Source: Octopus sinensis (taxonomy: Eukaryota). Taken from it: 64,000 nucleotides of DNA. A program made the position numbers and the translations under genes. Shown piece after piece: positions 26,451 through 39,654 of the stretch (its first letter is position 1; every line of letters starts with the position of its first letter). The stretch spans positions 18,848,001 to 18,912,000 of the forward strand of contig NC_043024.1 in the NCBI RefSeq assembly GCF_006345805.1, read 5' to 3'. The notes beneath the pieces are model-generated. The model worked only from the letters and a program-made list of their open reading frames with translations. It made no database searches and had not been told where the DNA came from.

Positions 26451-26480
26451 TTAATAATAATAATAATAATAATAATTATA
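25890..26480 (+). mobile_element. Unclassified interspersed repeat (family D) ending in (AAT)n, probably a retroposon tail
   Basis: Shares ~170 bp with 3880-4050; terminates in an AAT array. Confidence 0.5.
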
Positions 26481-26754
26481 ATATATAAAGGACTGTGGCA
26501 ACTCCTCCTGAAGATATAGAGTCAAAATTAAAAGAAGAGTGCCATTGTCATCTTATTTTGATTCTATATTTTCTGGAGGAGTTACCTCAATCCTTTATAT
26601 ATTAACCAAAATAAAGTAGATTGACAAAATTATTCTTTGAGCCTGTTGAAGATACACAAGATGTCAAAATATCATTCACTAGATAACAATGGCACTCTTC
26701 TTTTACTTTTGACTCCAATAATAATAATAATGAAAATCATAATAATAATAATCA

Positions 26755-27090
26755 TTAAGTGTCTGTTTTCCATGAGGGCATGGTTGGTGGTTTGGCTGAA
26801 ACTGGTAAGCTGTAGGGCTGCACCAGGTTCCAATCTGATTTGGCAAGGTTGCTATGGCTGTATGCCCTTCCTAATGCCAACCACTCCAAGAGGGTAATGG
26901 TGCTTTATATGAGCCACTGGCACAGGTGACAGTTGAGTGACATCGGTGTCAGCTACAACTATGATTCCCCTTGACTTGACAGGTCATCTCAAGCGTGGCA
27001 TATTGCCAAAGGTCTCGGTCAGTTATCATTGACTGCATGAGGCTCAATGTCCAAAGGATGCCACCAGCACATGTGCCACTTACTCAACAC
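26755..27090 (-). mobile_element. Family C (RTE 3' tail), degenerate
   Basis: GGCTGCACCAGG...TGCCCTTCCTAATGCCAACCACTCC. Confidence 0.65.
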
Positions 27091-27099
27091 CAACAACGG

Positions 27100-27343
27100 A
27101 ATAATAATAACAGTAATAATAATAATAATAATGAGGAGGAGGATAATGATGAGGATAATAATAATGATGATGATGATGAGGAGGATAATGATGAGGATAA
27201 TAATGATGATGATGATGATGATAATGATAATAATAATAATGATGATGATAATAATAATGATGATGATAATAATAATGATGATGATGATAATAATGATAAT
27301 GATAATAATAATAACAGTAATGATGATAATAATAATAATAATA

Positions 27344-27393
<50 letters not shown>
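27100..27393. repeat. (AAT)n/(GAT)n microsatellite
   Basis: Direct inspection. Confidence 0.9.
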
Positions 27394-27395
<2 letters not shown>

Positions 27396-27591
27396 GTGGT
27401 TTAAAATATTGCCAATAGGGCAACAATTTTGGGGGCAGGGATGAGTCGATTACATGGACCCCAGTGTTCAGTTGGTATTTATTTTATCGACTCCGAAATG
27501 ATAACAGGCAAAGTTGATCTTGGCAGAATTTGAACTTAAAACATAGCAATGGGTGAAATACCACTAAAATAATAATAATAATGATGACACC

Positions 27592-27995
27592 AGAGTGGCT
27601 GTGTGGTAAGTAGCTTGCTTACCAACCGCATGGTTCCGGGTTCAGTCCCACTGCATGGCACCTTGGCAAGTGTCTTCTACTACAGACTCGAGCCGACCAA
27701 AGCCTGTGGTGGTGGATTTGGTAGACGGAAACTGAAAGAAGCCCGTCGTATATATGTATATATATATATGTTGTGTGTGTTTGTGTGTCTGTGTTTTGTC
27801 TCCCTAGCATTGCTTGACACCGATGCTGGTGTGTTTATGTCCCCGTTACTTAGCGTTTGGCAAAAGAGACCGATAGAAGAAGTACTGGGCTTACAAAAAG
27901 AATAAGTCCCGGGGTCGAGTTGCTCGATTAAAGGTGGTGCTCCAGCATGGCCGCAGTCAAATGACTGAAACAAGTAAAGAGTAAAAAGAGAGAAT
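27592..27995 (+). mobile_element. SINE family A
   Basis: GAGTGGCTGTGTGGTAAG...GGTTCAGTCCC...GAAACAAGTAAAGAG. Confidence 0.85.
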
Positions 27996-28214
27996 ATCAA
28001 AATGATAATATTAAGAATATGTGAAGGAAATTTCCGAAACTAAATGAGAGACGAGTGGCAGAAAAGAGAATAAGTTTCAAAACATTTTGAATGATTAAAA
28101 AGAAAGAAATCAAGTGAATAAGAAAAATAGGCATCACCAACAACAACAACAATGACAACAACAACACTTATGAAATCAAAGTAAATCAAAAGATTAATCT
28201 AAACTCGAGAAGTT

Positions 28215-28284
28215 ATGGTGGTGGTGCTGATGTTGGTGGCGTTGTTGTTGTTGTTGTTTTTGCTGCTGCTGCTGCTGCTGCTGC

Positions 28285-28315
<31 letters not shown>

Positions 28316-29695
28316 GGTGGTGGTAGCAATGACGATGGTGATGGCTGTGATTATGGTGGCGACAGTGCTGGTGGTAGCAGTGGTAGTGGAGGCGGTGGTG
28401 GTGTTGTTGTTGTTGGTGGTGGTGGTGGTGGTGGTGGTGGCGATGAGCTGGCAGAAACGTTAGCACGCTGGACAAAATGCTTAGCGGTATTTCGTCTGCT
28501 GTTATGTTCTGGGTTCAAATTCCGCCGAGGTCGACTTTACCTTTCATCCTTTTGGGGTTGATAAATTAAGTACCAGTTATGCACTGGGGTCGATATAATC
28601 GACTTAATCCGTTTGTCTGTCCTTGTTTGTCCTCTCTGTTTGTCCTACCCTTGTGGGTAGTAAAGAAATAGGTATTGGTGTTGTCGGTGGTGGTGGTGGT
28701 AGTGGTGGTGGTTATGGCAGAGGCAGTGGTTGTGGTTACCTTGGTGGTAGTGATTATAGTGGTGATGGTGATTTTGGTGATAGCGATGGTGGTGGTGATG
28801 TTATTGGATCATTGTGGTGGTGGTGGTGGTGTAAGCAGCGTGGCCAGGGTGGGGGTGATTATTTTGTTGGTGGTAGTGGTGGTGGTGGTAGTGGTGGTGG
28901 TATTTTGCTGGTGGTGGTGGTGGTGTTGCTGGTAGTGGTGTTGATTGTGATGGTGGTGTTGGTGGTGGTTGCGATGGTGGTAGTAACAATGACGATGGTG
29001 ATAGCAGTGATTATAGTGGTGGAGGTATTACTGGTGGTGGCAGTGGTAGTGGTGGTGGTATTTTGCTGGTGGTGGTGGTCGTGGTGCTGGTAGTGGTGGT
29101 GATTGTAATGGTGGTGTTGGTGATAGTTGCATTGGTGGTAGTAGCAATGACGATGGTGATGGCAGTGATTATAGTGGTGATAGTGCTAGTGGTGGCAGTG
29201 GTGGTGATGGTGGTGGTGGTGGTAGTGGTGGTGGTGGTAGTGGTGGTGGTGGTAGTGGTGGTGGTGGTAGTGGTGGTGGTGGTGGTAGTGGTGGTGGTGG
29301 TAGTGGTGGTGGTGGTGGTAGTGGTGGTGGTGGTGGTAGTGGTGATAGTGCTAGTGGTGGCAGTGGTGGTGGTGGTGGTAGTGGTTGTGGTGGTAGGTGG
29401 TGGTGGTAGTGTGGTGGTGGTGTAGTGGTGGTGGTGGTGGTAGTGGTGGTGGTGGTAGTGGTGGTGGTGGTGTAGTGGTGGTGGTGGTGGTAGTGGTGAT
29501 AGTGCTGGTGGTGGCAGTGGTGGTGGTGGTGGTAGTGGTGGTGGTGTAGTGGTGGTGGTGGTTGCGATGGTGGTAGTGGCAATGACGATGGTGATGGCAG
29601 TGATTATAGTGGTGATAGTGCTAGTGGTGGCAGTGGTGGTGGTGGTGGTTGTGGTGGTGGTGGTGGTGGTGGTGTGGTGGTGGTGGTGGTGGTAA
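28215..29695. repeat. Degenerate (GGT)n/(GTT)n microsatellite field
   Basis: Direct inspection; interrupted by a family B SINE. Confidence 0.9.
28438..28670 (+). mobile_element. SINE family B
   Basis: GAGCTGGCAGAAACGTTAGCACG...GGTTCAAATTCC...GTAAAGAAATAGG. Confidence 0.85.
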
Positions 29696-30102
29696 AAGGT
29701 TACGGTAATGAAATTAGAATAAAAAAAGAAACAAAAAAAGGTAGGACAATAAATTTCAAAAGGAAGAAATAATCCAGATTATGGAAGAAAGAAAGAAAGA
29801 AAGAAGAATTGAAGAAATGAAGAAAAGAAAAGAATGAACGAATGAATGGTAGAATGGTAAACATTTGAAAGATAACATTTCAATAGTGAAACAAGGAGGG
29901 GGGAAAGGTCGCGGGAGGAGGAAGGGAAAGGAATGGAAGCTAGAGAAATGCGATGGTGTGTGGGTGCAGGTGTGTGTGTGTGTATGTGTGTGTGTGTGTA
30001 TGTGCGCGCACGCATGTACATACATGCATATATATATGCCAGCATCTCTGTCTCTCTCTCTCCTCTCTCTCTCTCTATATATATATACACACACATATAT
30101 AC

Positions 30103-30133
<31 letters not shown>

Positions 30134-30484
30134 CATATAATATATATACGTATATATATATACATTTATATATATATGCATATATAAGTACTTATATATT
30201 TACATATATATGTATACACACACACACACGCATATATATATATATATATATATATACAATTTCCAATCTCCACTTTCTTTTATATATATACATACATATA
30301 TGTATATATATATATATATACATATATATAAATGTATGTATATATGTGTGTGTGTGTGTATAGATAGATAAATAAATATATATGCACACACACATATATA
30401 TATACATACACATACATAGACACACACACACATAAATATAGACAGATTGATGCATACATGTATATATATATATATATACATACA

Positions 30485-30522
<38 letters not shown>

Positions 30523-30587
30523 TATATATATATATATATTATATACACATATATATATGTATAGGAAAAAAGCAACAAGAATATATG

Positions 30588-30650
<63 letters not shown>

Positions 30651-31069
30651 CATACATATATGCATATATACATAGGCACGTACAAACATACTATGTACAC
30701 ATACTTACATATAAATTAAACCTAAGTTTGTGTATATCTGTTATAAAAATACAAAACTATGTACTGACATTGCTGTGAAAAGTCACAGGAGAGAAAGCGA
30801 GAGACAGAGAGACACAGGGGAACAAGAGAGAGGGGGGGAGAGAGAGATGGAAAGAGAGATGGAAAGAGAGAAAGTCAGAATTCTGAGAATGCGTGCAGGC
30901 AAATCTTTTTTAAAACTTCTATGTCTTGTTTTTGATTTTTTGCTAAGAAATTATGAAAGTATGTTTTGGAAATGTGAACAAGTTCATTTATCAGAAGTTA
31001 TGAGAAAGTCATAAACAGATTCATTCATGGATGATAATAATGATAACAATAATATAAATAATAATAATG

Positions 31070-31345
31070 ATCATCATCATCGTTTAACGTCCGTTTTCCG
31101 TGCTAGCATGGGTTGGACGGTTCGACTGGGATCTGGGAAGCCAGGAGGCTGCACCAGGCTCCAGTCTGATCTGGCAGTGTTTCTACAGCTGGATGCCCTT
31201 CCTAACGCCAACCACTCCGTGAGTGTAGTGGGTGCTTTTAACGTGCCACTGGCACAGGTGCCAGGCGAGGCTGGCAAACGGCCACGATCGGATTGGTGCT
31301 TTTTACGTGCCACCGGCATCGAAGCCAGTCAAAAGCGGCGCTGGC
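31070..31345 (-). mobile_element. Family C (RTE 3' tail/SINE)
   Basis: CATCATCGTTTAACGTCCG...GGATGCCCTTCCTAACGCCAACC... Confidence 0.8.
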
Positions 31346-31398
31346 ACAATAATAATAATATTTAATAATAATAATAATAATAATAATATTTAATAATG

Positions 31399-31445
<47 letters not shown>

Positions 31446-31449
<4 letters not shown>

Positions 31450-31895
31450 AAAGTGTTAGGAAAAATGCCAAATTGGAAGGGCTCGGGACCAGATTTAATT
31501 CAAGGTTATTGACTAAAGAAATTTAGTAGTTTACATGGGAGGTTGAGGGAACAACTTCAGGATTGCCTTAATGGAGGAATAATACCTGATTGGATGACAA
31601 GAGGGAGGACAATATTGATTATGAAAGATAAGAGCAAGGGTAGTACAGCTAGCACCTGTAGACCAATCGTTTGCTTACCATTAGTGTGGAAGCCCTTAAC
31701 AGGAATGCTTTTGGATAGCATTTATGAGCACCTTGACAACCAGAGTTTACTGCCAGAAGAACAGAAAGATTGCAGGAAGAAGGCTAGAGAAACGCATGAT
31801 CTATTATACGTAGACAAAGCAGTTCTAAATGAAGTAAAAGCTAGAAAGAAAAATCTAACAAAAGCATGGATAGATTATAGGAAATCCTATGACAT
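31446..31895 (+). mobile_element. R4/Dong-like non-LTR retrotransposon RT fragment next to (AAT)n
   Basis: KMPNWKGSGPD...PDWMTRGRTILIMKDK...RPIVCLPLVWK...LLPEEQK...AWIDYRKSYDM. Confidence 0.8.
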
Positions 31896-31989
31896 GAAGT
31901 ACATCTCCGTAATATATATATATACAAAGGTGTCTGTGTTTTCTTCACCACCACCAAACCCCCTCCACCACCACCATACCACCCTACCA

Positions 31990-32500
31990 TTATCAAACTG
32001 CTTGATTACTGGTATTGGTGTGCTTACGTCCGCATGACTTAGTGGTTTTGCAAAAGAGACTGATGGAGTAACCACCAGATTTAAAAATCAAATTAAGAAC
32101 TGGGGTTGATCTATCTAACTAATATACATCAATGTGCTGCCCCGTGGAGGCACATGGCCTAGTGGTTAGAGCAGCGGACTCGTGGTTGAGGGATTGTGGG
32201 TTTGAATCTCAGACCGGGTGATGTGTGTGTTTATGAGCGAAACACCTTAGCTCCACGTGGCTCCGACAGAAGGTAATGGCGAACTTCTGCTGACTCTTTC
32301 GCCACAACTTTCTCTCACTCTTTCCTCCTGCATCTTGCAGCTCACCTGTGACAGACCGGCATCCCATCCAGGTGGGGAACCTCTATGCCAAGGAAACCGG
32401 GAAACCGGCCCTTATGAGCCAGGCATGGCTCGAGAAGGAACAAACAATGTGGTGCCCCAGCATGGCCACAACCAAATGACTGAAACAAGAAAAAGTTAAA
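31990..32500 (+). mobile_element. SINE family A-like 3' half interrupted by family E
   Basis: GCAAAAGAGACTGAT...[insert]...GCCCCAGCATGGCCACAACCAAATGACTGAAACAAG. Confidence 0.6.
32145..32445 (+). mobile_element. tRNA-derived SINE, family E
   Basis: TGGCCTAGTGGTTAG A-box and GGTTTGAATCTC B-box; flanking duplication CAATGTG(C/G)TGCCCC. Confidence 0.8.
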
Positions 32501-33609
32501 AGACACACACACACACATTTGATTGGCCGCTTTTAATTTCTGTATACCAAATTCACTCTGGAAGCTTTGGTGAATCCAGAGTTATAAAGAAGACAGAAGA
32601 CACTTTAACTTTACAGAAAGTGCCATGTTGAGTGAATGAACCAGAAATTCTTTGACTGAGAAACAAACTTCTCAAAGCACACAGCCATTCCTTCATAAAA
32701 CAGAAACTGTTAGATATCAGCCGAACTCCAAGATCTTGATTTTTCACTAACAAAATGTCATTATCTTTTATGCTGCTTATTTTCTCTCCTCTTTCTTCGA
32801 ATGATATCTTTGGAGAATACTACCACAATACATAATAACATTATGTCCCAGAGTTTGGCTTGCCATCTTTCTCATACTTACCGGAATTTCTTGATATCGA
32901 TTCCACTAATAAGATAAACTGGCAAGGTTGCTTCCAAGTGACGTTATCTTTATTCTTTCTCAAAACTTGACATGACAATGCAGAGTATGTTAATGTTATA
33001 ACATTGATAATCACAGAATTTTGCATTACAGGTTTCCGTATCTATCATATAAGTTTTGGATGTTAACCATTGTTGCACTTGTCTAAAAGATGGCATCAAA
33101 TTATTCCACTTTATTTAATCAGACATTTACGTGTCAAATTTGGAAAAAGAAATCTGTTCTACTTTACTGAGTTTTATATTAGTTTTCTTAAACATTGATA
33201 TGGGTTGGATATATAAGCAAATTTAGTTATTGGCATGTGCACTCAGGCATGGTTTTGTTGGTTAAGATGTTTGCTTTGCAATCATAAGATCCTAGAGTTG
33301 GTTCTACAGAAAGTTATCTTGGACAATTATCTTCATAGCATTGAACCAAATGTATTGTTAGAAGGAAACTTTGGTAAGTGGAACCACAAGTATGTGTAAG
33401 TGGACTAAGTTGAATAAAAATGGTAATTTTTCAAATGAAACTATAAAATTTTTTAGCCATTTTGATACCTAAAGCAGCTCTGGTTCTATCATCTAAAACA
33501 CCCAGTTTTAAAATGATTTTAATTAAAAGTTTCCATCAGCATTTCACATTATTCCATGCCTCAAACACTAACTGAATAACGACAAAGTTGTTTTATTAAA
33601 TTCTTCATT

Positions 33610-34022
33610 ATGGCGCAGGAGTGGTTGCATGGTAAGTAGCTTGTTTAGCAACCACATGGTTCCGGGTTCAGTCCCACTGCGTGGCACCTTGGGCAAGTGT
33701 CTTCTGCTATAGCCTCGGGCTGACCAAAGCCTTGTGAGTGGATTTGGTAGACGGAAACTGAAAGAAGCCCGTCATATATATATATACATATATATATGCG
33801 TGTGTGTGTTTGTGTGTCTGTGTTTGTCCCCCTAGCATTGCTTGACAACCGACGCTGGTGTGTTTATGTCCACATTACTTAGCGGTTCGGCAAAAAGAGA
33901 CCGATAGAATAAGTACTGGGCTTACAAAAGAATAAGTTCCAGGGTCGAGTTGCTCGATTAAACGCTGTGCTCCAGCATGGCCGCAGTCAAATGACTGAAG
34001 CAAGTAAAAGAGAAAAGAGAAA
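33610..34022 (+). mobile_element. SINE family A
   Basis: Full-length copy. Confidence 0.85.
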
Positions 34023-34037
34023 GAGATTATTTTTTAA

Positions 34038-34253
34038 CCCTTTAGCATTTAGATTGGCCATATCCAACCAAATATTCTACGATGTGTTATGTTCAAACTG
34101 ATCAGAACCAGCCTCTCACACCTACCCAACAATGTCATTCTAAAAGTAAAGAAATACATCATTGAAGTCTCAGTTACAAGACAATGTATGATTAATTAAA
34201 AACAATGTGAATAATTAAGCATTACATTTGACAATAATCTGAGTGTTAAAGGG
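34038..34253. mobile_element. piggyBac-like MITE
   Basis: TTAA-CCCTTTAGCATTTAGATT ... AATCTGAGTGTTAAAGGG-TGAA: imperfect TIRs with CCC/GGG ends and a TTAA-like site. Confidence 0.55.
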
Positions 34254-34576
34254 TGAAAACCATTTGAATCAAGGCAGTGTTTTTATAACAGAAAGACACT
34301 AACAAAAGGTCTTACCATTTAAAGTAAGCATTTAGCAGTTCATAGATATTACATTTCACAATTAATAAATGAATAGAAGATAATCTTATTTATGAAAATA
34401 TAAATCTGGGGAAAAAAAATTTTAAACTTAAACAGATTATTTTTTGTTTCACTTTTATCTTCCTGGTTCTGTGATATAAGCTTTTCAGTCTGAAGTGATC
34501 TTAATCAAACTTTCCATCTAAATTCCATGCTAATTCATATTCCAAACACCAGCTTAATAGTGACAAATTTAGCCAT

Positions 34577-34992
34577 ACTCTTTTACTCTTTTACTTGTTT
34601 CAGTCATTTGACTGTGGCCATGCTGGAGCACCGCCTTTTAGTTGAGCAACTCGACCGCGGGACTTATTCTTTTGTAAGCCCAGTACTTATTCTATCGGTC
34701 TCTTTTTGCCGAACCGCTAAGTAACGGGGACATAAACACACCAACATCGGTTGTCAAGCAATGCTAGGGGGACAAACACAGACGGACAAACACAGACACA
34801 CATACCCATATATATATATACATATATAAGACAGGCTTCTTTCAGTTTCCGTCTACCAAATCCACTCACAAGGCTTTGGTAGGCCCGAGGCTATAGTAGA
34901 AGACACTTGCCCAAGGTGCCACGCAGTGGGACTGAACCCGGAACCATGTGGTTGGTAAACAAGCTACTTACCACACAGCCACTCCTGCGCCT
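34577..34992 (-). mobile_element. SINE family A
   Basis: Full-length copy, inverted relative to 33610-34022. Confidence 0.85.
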
Positions 34993-35344
34993 ATGTACAT
35001 AAATTCTTTATTATTTTCAAAAGTAGTTGAAACAAAGACTGAAGAATTTCAACAAAAAGTATTCAAAGATAAAATGTTTGGCGTTGAAAATTCATTCTGC
35101 ATCATATTTCCATTAAACTTTTTCTATGAGTGTGCACTGAAATTTGCATATGTGCAAGTTTTGTCTCTCTTAGCAAATTTTGTGCATATTCATGCAATTA
35201 AGTAGCCAATGTGAAATTTTCATCAATTAATTAAAAAAACAAATTTAATTTCATCAAGGATATTTTCCATGTTCCTTTTCTTATCTTTCCCCATTGTTCA
35301 ACTTGTGTGCAAGCCATACTTTAGAGGGAATACGGTTTCTGTAT

Positions 35345-35705
35345 CAACACCACTGTCGACACCATCATCATCATCATCATTGTCATCAACATCATCGTCA
35401 TCATCACCATCACCACCATCATCATTATTTTCATCATCATAATCATCATCACCATAATCATCAATGTCGTTGTCATCATCATCATAATCGTCATCACCAT
35501 AATCATCATCGTCGTTGTCATCATCATCATCATTGTCATCAACATCATCGTTGTCATTGTCATCATCACCCTCACCGCCACCACCATCATCATCACCATC
35601 ATCATCATTTTCATCATCATAATCATCATCATTGTCGTCGTCATCATCATCATCATCATCGTTATTCTCATCCTCATTGTCATCATTATCGTCATTGTTG
35701 TTATT
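35345..35705. repeat. (CAT)n microsatellite
   Basis: Direct inspection. Confidence 0.9.
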
Positions 35706-35729
35706 AACATTCATTTCCATGCTCACATA

Positions 35730-35901
35730 TCATCATCATCATCATCGTTTAACATGCGTTTTCCGTGCTAGCATGGGTTGGACGGTTTGACCAGTGTCTA
35801 GGAGGCCGGGAGGCTGCACCAGCCTCCAGTCTGATCTGGCAGTGTTTCAACAGCTGGATGCCCTTCCTAACACCAACCACTCCGTGAATGTAGTGGGTGC
35901 T
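35730..35901 (-). mobile_element. Family C (RTE 3' tail)
   Basis: Same sequence as 31070-31240. Confidence 0.8.
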
Positions 35902-36049
35902 TGGGAACCTAGTCTTTTACCAACCCTCACTAATTTTCAGGCAGGGAAACATTTTCTTATGCTCAAATATTCCAAAACCAGGAAACACAAAAAGTCACCT
36001 ACTCTCACTCACACACGTGTGTGTGTGTGTATGTGTGTGTGATGTTTAA

Positions 36050-36970
36050 TAAACTATAAATCCTCTCCTCTGAAACAGTTCCATTGGGCAGCAATACTCC
36101 AGTGCCAGCATTCCTGCCACTTTTGGAATTTGGCCTGGAAGTCGTTTTGTGTGAGTCAAAGACCTTCTGTGATTCATTCTGGATCTTGATAACTGTGTTA
36201 AAATGGTAACCTTTGAGCAGCATTTTCCTCTTGGGGAAGAGATAGGAGTCTGCAGGTACTGTATCTGGTGAATAGGGTGGAAGGTAGAAGCAATACCCTG
36301 TTGCTTTTTACCAGAAACTAACGAGTGAAGGAGAGATCAGTGACAAGTTGCATAATTATCATGAAGAATCCAATTTTAAACCCAGGGCCAATATATTTTA
36401 AAACTGGAGGTTTGGATGATAGAACCAGGGCTGCTTTTAGGTGAGTTGGTATCAAAATGGCTAATCCAATTCTTCATGCTCTACAGATTCAGTTGCCAAA
36501 TGTCTTCCCTTAAATATTTTAAAATGCATTGATGATCTGGCTGTGGAAGACAAATTCTCAATGCCCAATACCACATTTCTGGGGGTAACACTGTTGGCCG
36601 GTCTTCCAGATCACTCAGTACCTTCCTCAGGGCCATTCTTACTCTTCTGAAGCGCCTATGCCACTCATAACATTGTGTATGATCCATTATTTCGTCGCCA
36701 TAAGCTTGCCAAAGCATGCTCAATATCTCTGTAGCAGACTCCCAAGTTTAACACAAAATTTCACGTTGGCTCTTTGTTCCAACTTCCTGTCCATGTCAAA
36801 ATTGCAGACTACAGCACACACGTGATCATGTAAACACAAATTTCCCAACTTGCAATGCAAACACAGCAATGTCACTCAGCACACTGCCTCGTGAAGATCA
36901 CAGCTAGCTCTCACTGTGCACGGACCCACAGCTGTCGGCATCCTATAGAAACTTTTTGATACCACCTTGT
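36050..36970 (-). mobile_element. Decayed mariner (DD34D-type) transposon
   Basis: MDRKLEQRANVKFCVKLG...LSMLWQAYGDEIM...YEWHRRF and LPPYSPDTVPADSYLFPK; probable 5' terminus TACAAGGTGGTATCAAAAAGT near 36970; internal deletions. Confidence 0.8.
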
Positions 36971-36999
36971 ATATGACACCAGCACTGGTGATTTACACG

Positions 37000-37397
37000 G
37001 CAAGCTGGCAGAAGTGATAGTGCGTCGGGCGAAATGCATAGCGGTATTTCGTCTGCCGTTACGTTCTGAGTTCAAATTCCGCCAAGGTCGACTTTGCCTT
37101 TCATCCTTTCGGAGTCGATAAATTAAGTACCAGTTACGCACTGGGGTTGATGTAATCAATTTAATTCGTTTGTCTTCTCTGTGTTTAGCCCCTTGTGGGT
37201 AGTAAAGAAATAAGTATTTCGTCTGCCGTTACGTTCTGAGTTCAAATTCCGCCGAGGTCGACTTTGCCTTTCATCCTTTCGGGGTCGATTAAATAAGTAC
37301 CAGTTACGCACTGAGGTCGATGTAATCGGCTTAATACCTATGTCTGTCCTTGTTTGTCCTCTCTGTGTTTAGCCCCTTGTGGGTAGTAAAGAAATAG
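37000..37397 (+). mobile_element. SINE family B, head-to-tail partial dimer
   Basis: GTATTTCGTCTGCCGTTACG block at ~37043 and ~37214. Confidence 0.85.
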
Positions 37398-37479
37398 GTT
37401 TACACATGACACCAACACCAACAGAGTTGCCAAGTAAATGGCAAGACAATGACCCCTCAGTTGGGAGAGGTAATATACG

Positions 37480-37739
37480 TGTAGTGACACTACTGTGTCA
37501 GTTTCAGTGCACATGCGCAGAATGGGATTACTTCCGGTTGGCCACCGGAAGTTTCCTCATGTGCTTGCGCAGGAACTGCAACCTGAAGCTCCCCCGTTAA
37601 TATCGGTCTTTTCTGGCAGAGCAGTGCTAGCGAACGGACGTGGCTACCCTTTCTCTCAGGGAAAACCATACGCACAGAGAAGCTCTCTCTTCGAAGCGGG
37701 AATGAACACCGTATCTTCTTGGCTCACACGAGTTATACA
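37480..37739. mobile_element. Candidate solo LTR with promoter-like motifs
   Basis: GC-rich 260 bp bounded by TGTA...TACA with flanks TACG/TACA; contains ACTTCCGGT..ACCGGAAGT and GCACATGCGCA. Confidence 0.45.
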
Positions 37740-37774
37740 TACATATATGCACTCATATATGATTAATGATTGAG

Positions 37775-37987
37775 GTTGTTGCCAGCCTCGCCTGGCACCT
37801 GTGCCGGTGGCACGTAAAAAGCACCCACTACACTAACGGACTGGTTGGCGTTAGGAAGGGCATCCAGCTGTAGAAACACTGCCAGATCAGACTGGAGCCT
37901 GGTGCAGCCTTCTGGCTTCCCAGATCCCCGGTCGAACCGTCCAACCCATGCTAGCATGGAGAATGGACGTTAAATGATGATGATGAT
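37775..37987 (+). mobile_element. Family C (RTE 3' tail)
   Basis: GTGCCGGTGGCACGTAAAAAGCACCC...AGGAAGGGCATCC...GATGATGATG. Confidence 0.8.
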
Positions 37988-38586
37988 GTCTGATGCCTTG
38001 CTGTACTCAAGAAGATCTGACTACCACAGAATAATTGATACTGGTGCTGGTTCCAGATAAAATGCACTTTTGCTGGTGTCACATTAAAAATACCGGTGCT
38101 GGTAATTCTCATATTGTTGCTTATCCATTTGGGAGCCTCTGGATTAATACGATGAGTATAAGAAGATCACTAACGTGTCCCATGAGGCCTTCAAATTCTG
38201 TGGAATCATTTGTGCCCATACTCACATTAAATGGTGTTTTAGATAATTTGTTTATCCTGATTAATCAATCATATCTCAATATGCTCTTTTGTGATTAGCT
38301 ATATCAGTAATTAATCTGACAATATTTCGGTCGTTAATTTGTGATAGTCTTTAATGTCTGTTTAAATAACTGTGGAAGTGTTATTAGTTATTCCAAAGTG
38401 GTGAAAATGGTAGTTTCTGTCTATCCAAATTCATTCACAATACTTTGATTAGTCTGATGCCATAGCAGAAGACACTTGACCAAGGTGCCAAGCACCTTCA
38501 CAAAGTTTTCTCATGATCTTTAACTGTGAAATATGGTTTTATTTTAGGTATCAATGGCTTTGTTCTCACGTCCATGCAAAGTTTAC

Positions 38587-38752
38587 AGGCACAGGAGTGG
38601 CTGTGTGGTAAATAGCTTGCTAACCAACCACATGGTTCCGGGTTCAGTCCCACTGCGTGGCATCTTGGGCAAGTGTCTTCTGCTATAGCCCTGGGCCGAC
38701 CAATGCCTTGTGAGTGGATTTGGTAGGTGGAAACTGAAAGAAGCCCATTGTA

Positions 38753-38823
<71 letters not shown>

Positions 38824-39032
38824 TTGTGGGTCTGTGTTCGTCCCCCTAGCATTGCTTGACAACCGATGCTGGTGTGTTTATGTCCTCGTCACTTAGCGGT
38901 TTGGCAAAAGAGACCAATAGAATAAGTACTGGGCTTACAAAAAAGAATAAGTCCCGGGGTCGATTTGCTCGACTAAAGGCGGTGCTCCAGCATGGCCACA
39001 GTCAAATGACTGAAACAAGTAAAAGAGTAAAA
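38587..39032 (+). mobile_element. SINE family A
   Basis: Full-length copy. Confidence 0.85.
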
Positions 39033-39654
39033 CAGTAATCTGTTGACCTTGTTTGTTACTCTGGTTTAGTGAGTTAGCATTACATTTTATTACATATAAT
39101 GGCCCTGGTTTAAACATCAATCTGGGTACTATATATAGTTACTGATTTTTTTACTTTTATCAGCTTGCATTTCTTAACCATTTCCTCTGCTTCACTAAAC
39201 TACTAATATGATTCTTTGTTTCTCTCAAATTACATTAATTCACACAAAAATAATATAAAAATCCCTTTATACTCCCACTGCTATATCCTCTAACAATGTC
39301 TATTCTTCCCATCCATAATATTTAATCATATATAATTATATTACAATAACTTTTCATTCTGTCAATAGTAAAATGATAAGCTTTCGCTAAAACAAAACAC
39401 TGAGATTTCTTGCATTAGAAACACAAAAAAAATTGTGTATTACTTGCCATTACATAACTATAGAACCAATTATGTATATATAAGTATGTGTTTACATATG
39501 TGTGTGTATGTGTGTCTGTGTGTGTGTGTATATATATATATACATATATGCACATATATATAATATACATATATATATTTATACATACATATATATGTGT
39601 GTGTATGTGTGTATTCATATTTGTGTCTATCTGTCTATATCTATCTATTTACCT

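Noticed and set aside
32145-32215. tRNA-like sequences with A and B boxes (also the heads of families A, B and F)
   Set aside because: They are SINE heads continuing into SINE bodies, not complete cloverleaf tRNA genes
32841-33026. Minus-strand ORF with a GTAAGT donor near 32881
   Set aside because: No recognisable product or clear acceptor; a single donor is expected by chance
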